From: Candidatus Nanoarchaeia archaeon
GTDB taxonomy: Archaea; Nanobdellota; Nanobdellia; Woesearchaeales; GW2011-AR4
Direction of reading: 5' to 3'
DNA length: 64,000 bases
Assembly: GCA_035293285.1 (NCBI GenBank)
Contig: DATDOM010000066.1
Coordinates: 20,249-84,248 of the forward strand
Positions 63,894-64,000 of this stretch are shown here, piece by piece. Numbering within the stretch: position 1 is the first letter of the stretch; the number at the start of each line of letters is the position of its first letter. A model generated the notes under the pieces. It had not been told where the DNA came from. It made no database searches and worked only from the letters and a program-made list of their open reading frames with translations. The position numbers and the translations under genes were made by a program.

Positions 63894-64000
63894 ATGAAAA
63901 GAGGAAAATTAGCAGTATTCTTGGTTATATCTGTCATATTATTAGTCCAGTTTTCAAAAGCTGATTCTCAAAATCCCTGCATAAACTTAAAGGGGAACAA
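63894..64000 (+). CDS. secreted protein, N-terminus only (runs off the window)
   Basis: Own translation: MKRGKLAVFLVISVILLVQFSKADSQNPCINLKG, a signal-peptide-like start. Confidence 0.35.
   Translation, partial: MKRGKLAVFLVISVILLVQFSKADSQNPCINLKGN

Overview
AT-rich archaeal chromosome fragment. The archaeal assignment is an inference from gene content: RpoL/Rpo11, RNase P Rpp21, CDP-archaeol synthase, XerA-type recombinase, PAC2 chaperone, Hel308 tail, GAN/RecJ, a Dph2 remnant and archaeal-style tRNAs without encoded CCA. The many orphan, secreted and membrane proteins suggest a small-genome DPANN-like organism. Recognisable content includes 3 tRNAs, proCAB, ahcY, hutU, def, rpiB, uppS, an FKBP isomerase, an MFS transporter, a radical SAM enzyme and a dense set of lipid head-group genes (psd, pmtA-like, pssA, a double CDP-alcohol transferase, carS, patatin, DedA). 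Six things stand out. (1) A translationally coupled four-gene module at 35.5-43.9 kb: an Arch_ATPase-type NTPase, an 832-aa polytopic membrane protein, and 605-aa and 972-aa proteins I cannot assign to any family. The membrane protein and the 972-aa protein share a C-terminal domain, and the module sits next to palindromic operators and a divergent RHH gene. This is my best candidate for an undescribed system. (2) A mosaic family of GC-rich hairpin repeats with at least 9 copies, stem covariation and no conserved reading frame, which brackets gene blocks. (3) A LAGLIDADG homing-endonuclease cassette inserted in the 3' end of ahcY. It carries a replacement 3' end and leaves the old 75-codon end as a remnant. 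(4) A plasmid- or provirus-like island at about 49.6-54.45 kb with an ImmA-like protease, Zn-ribbon protein, tyrosine recombinase, two wHTH proteins, an AT-rich block and 8 phased TGGGACT iterons. (5) A GGDEF cyclase in an archaeal context. (6) A Dph2 gene truncated at its GHS motif. No CRISPR array or rRNA was seen. All family assignments come from motif recognition by eye, with no searches run.
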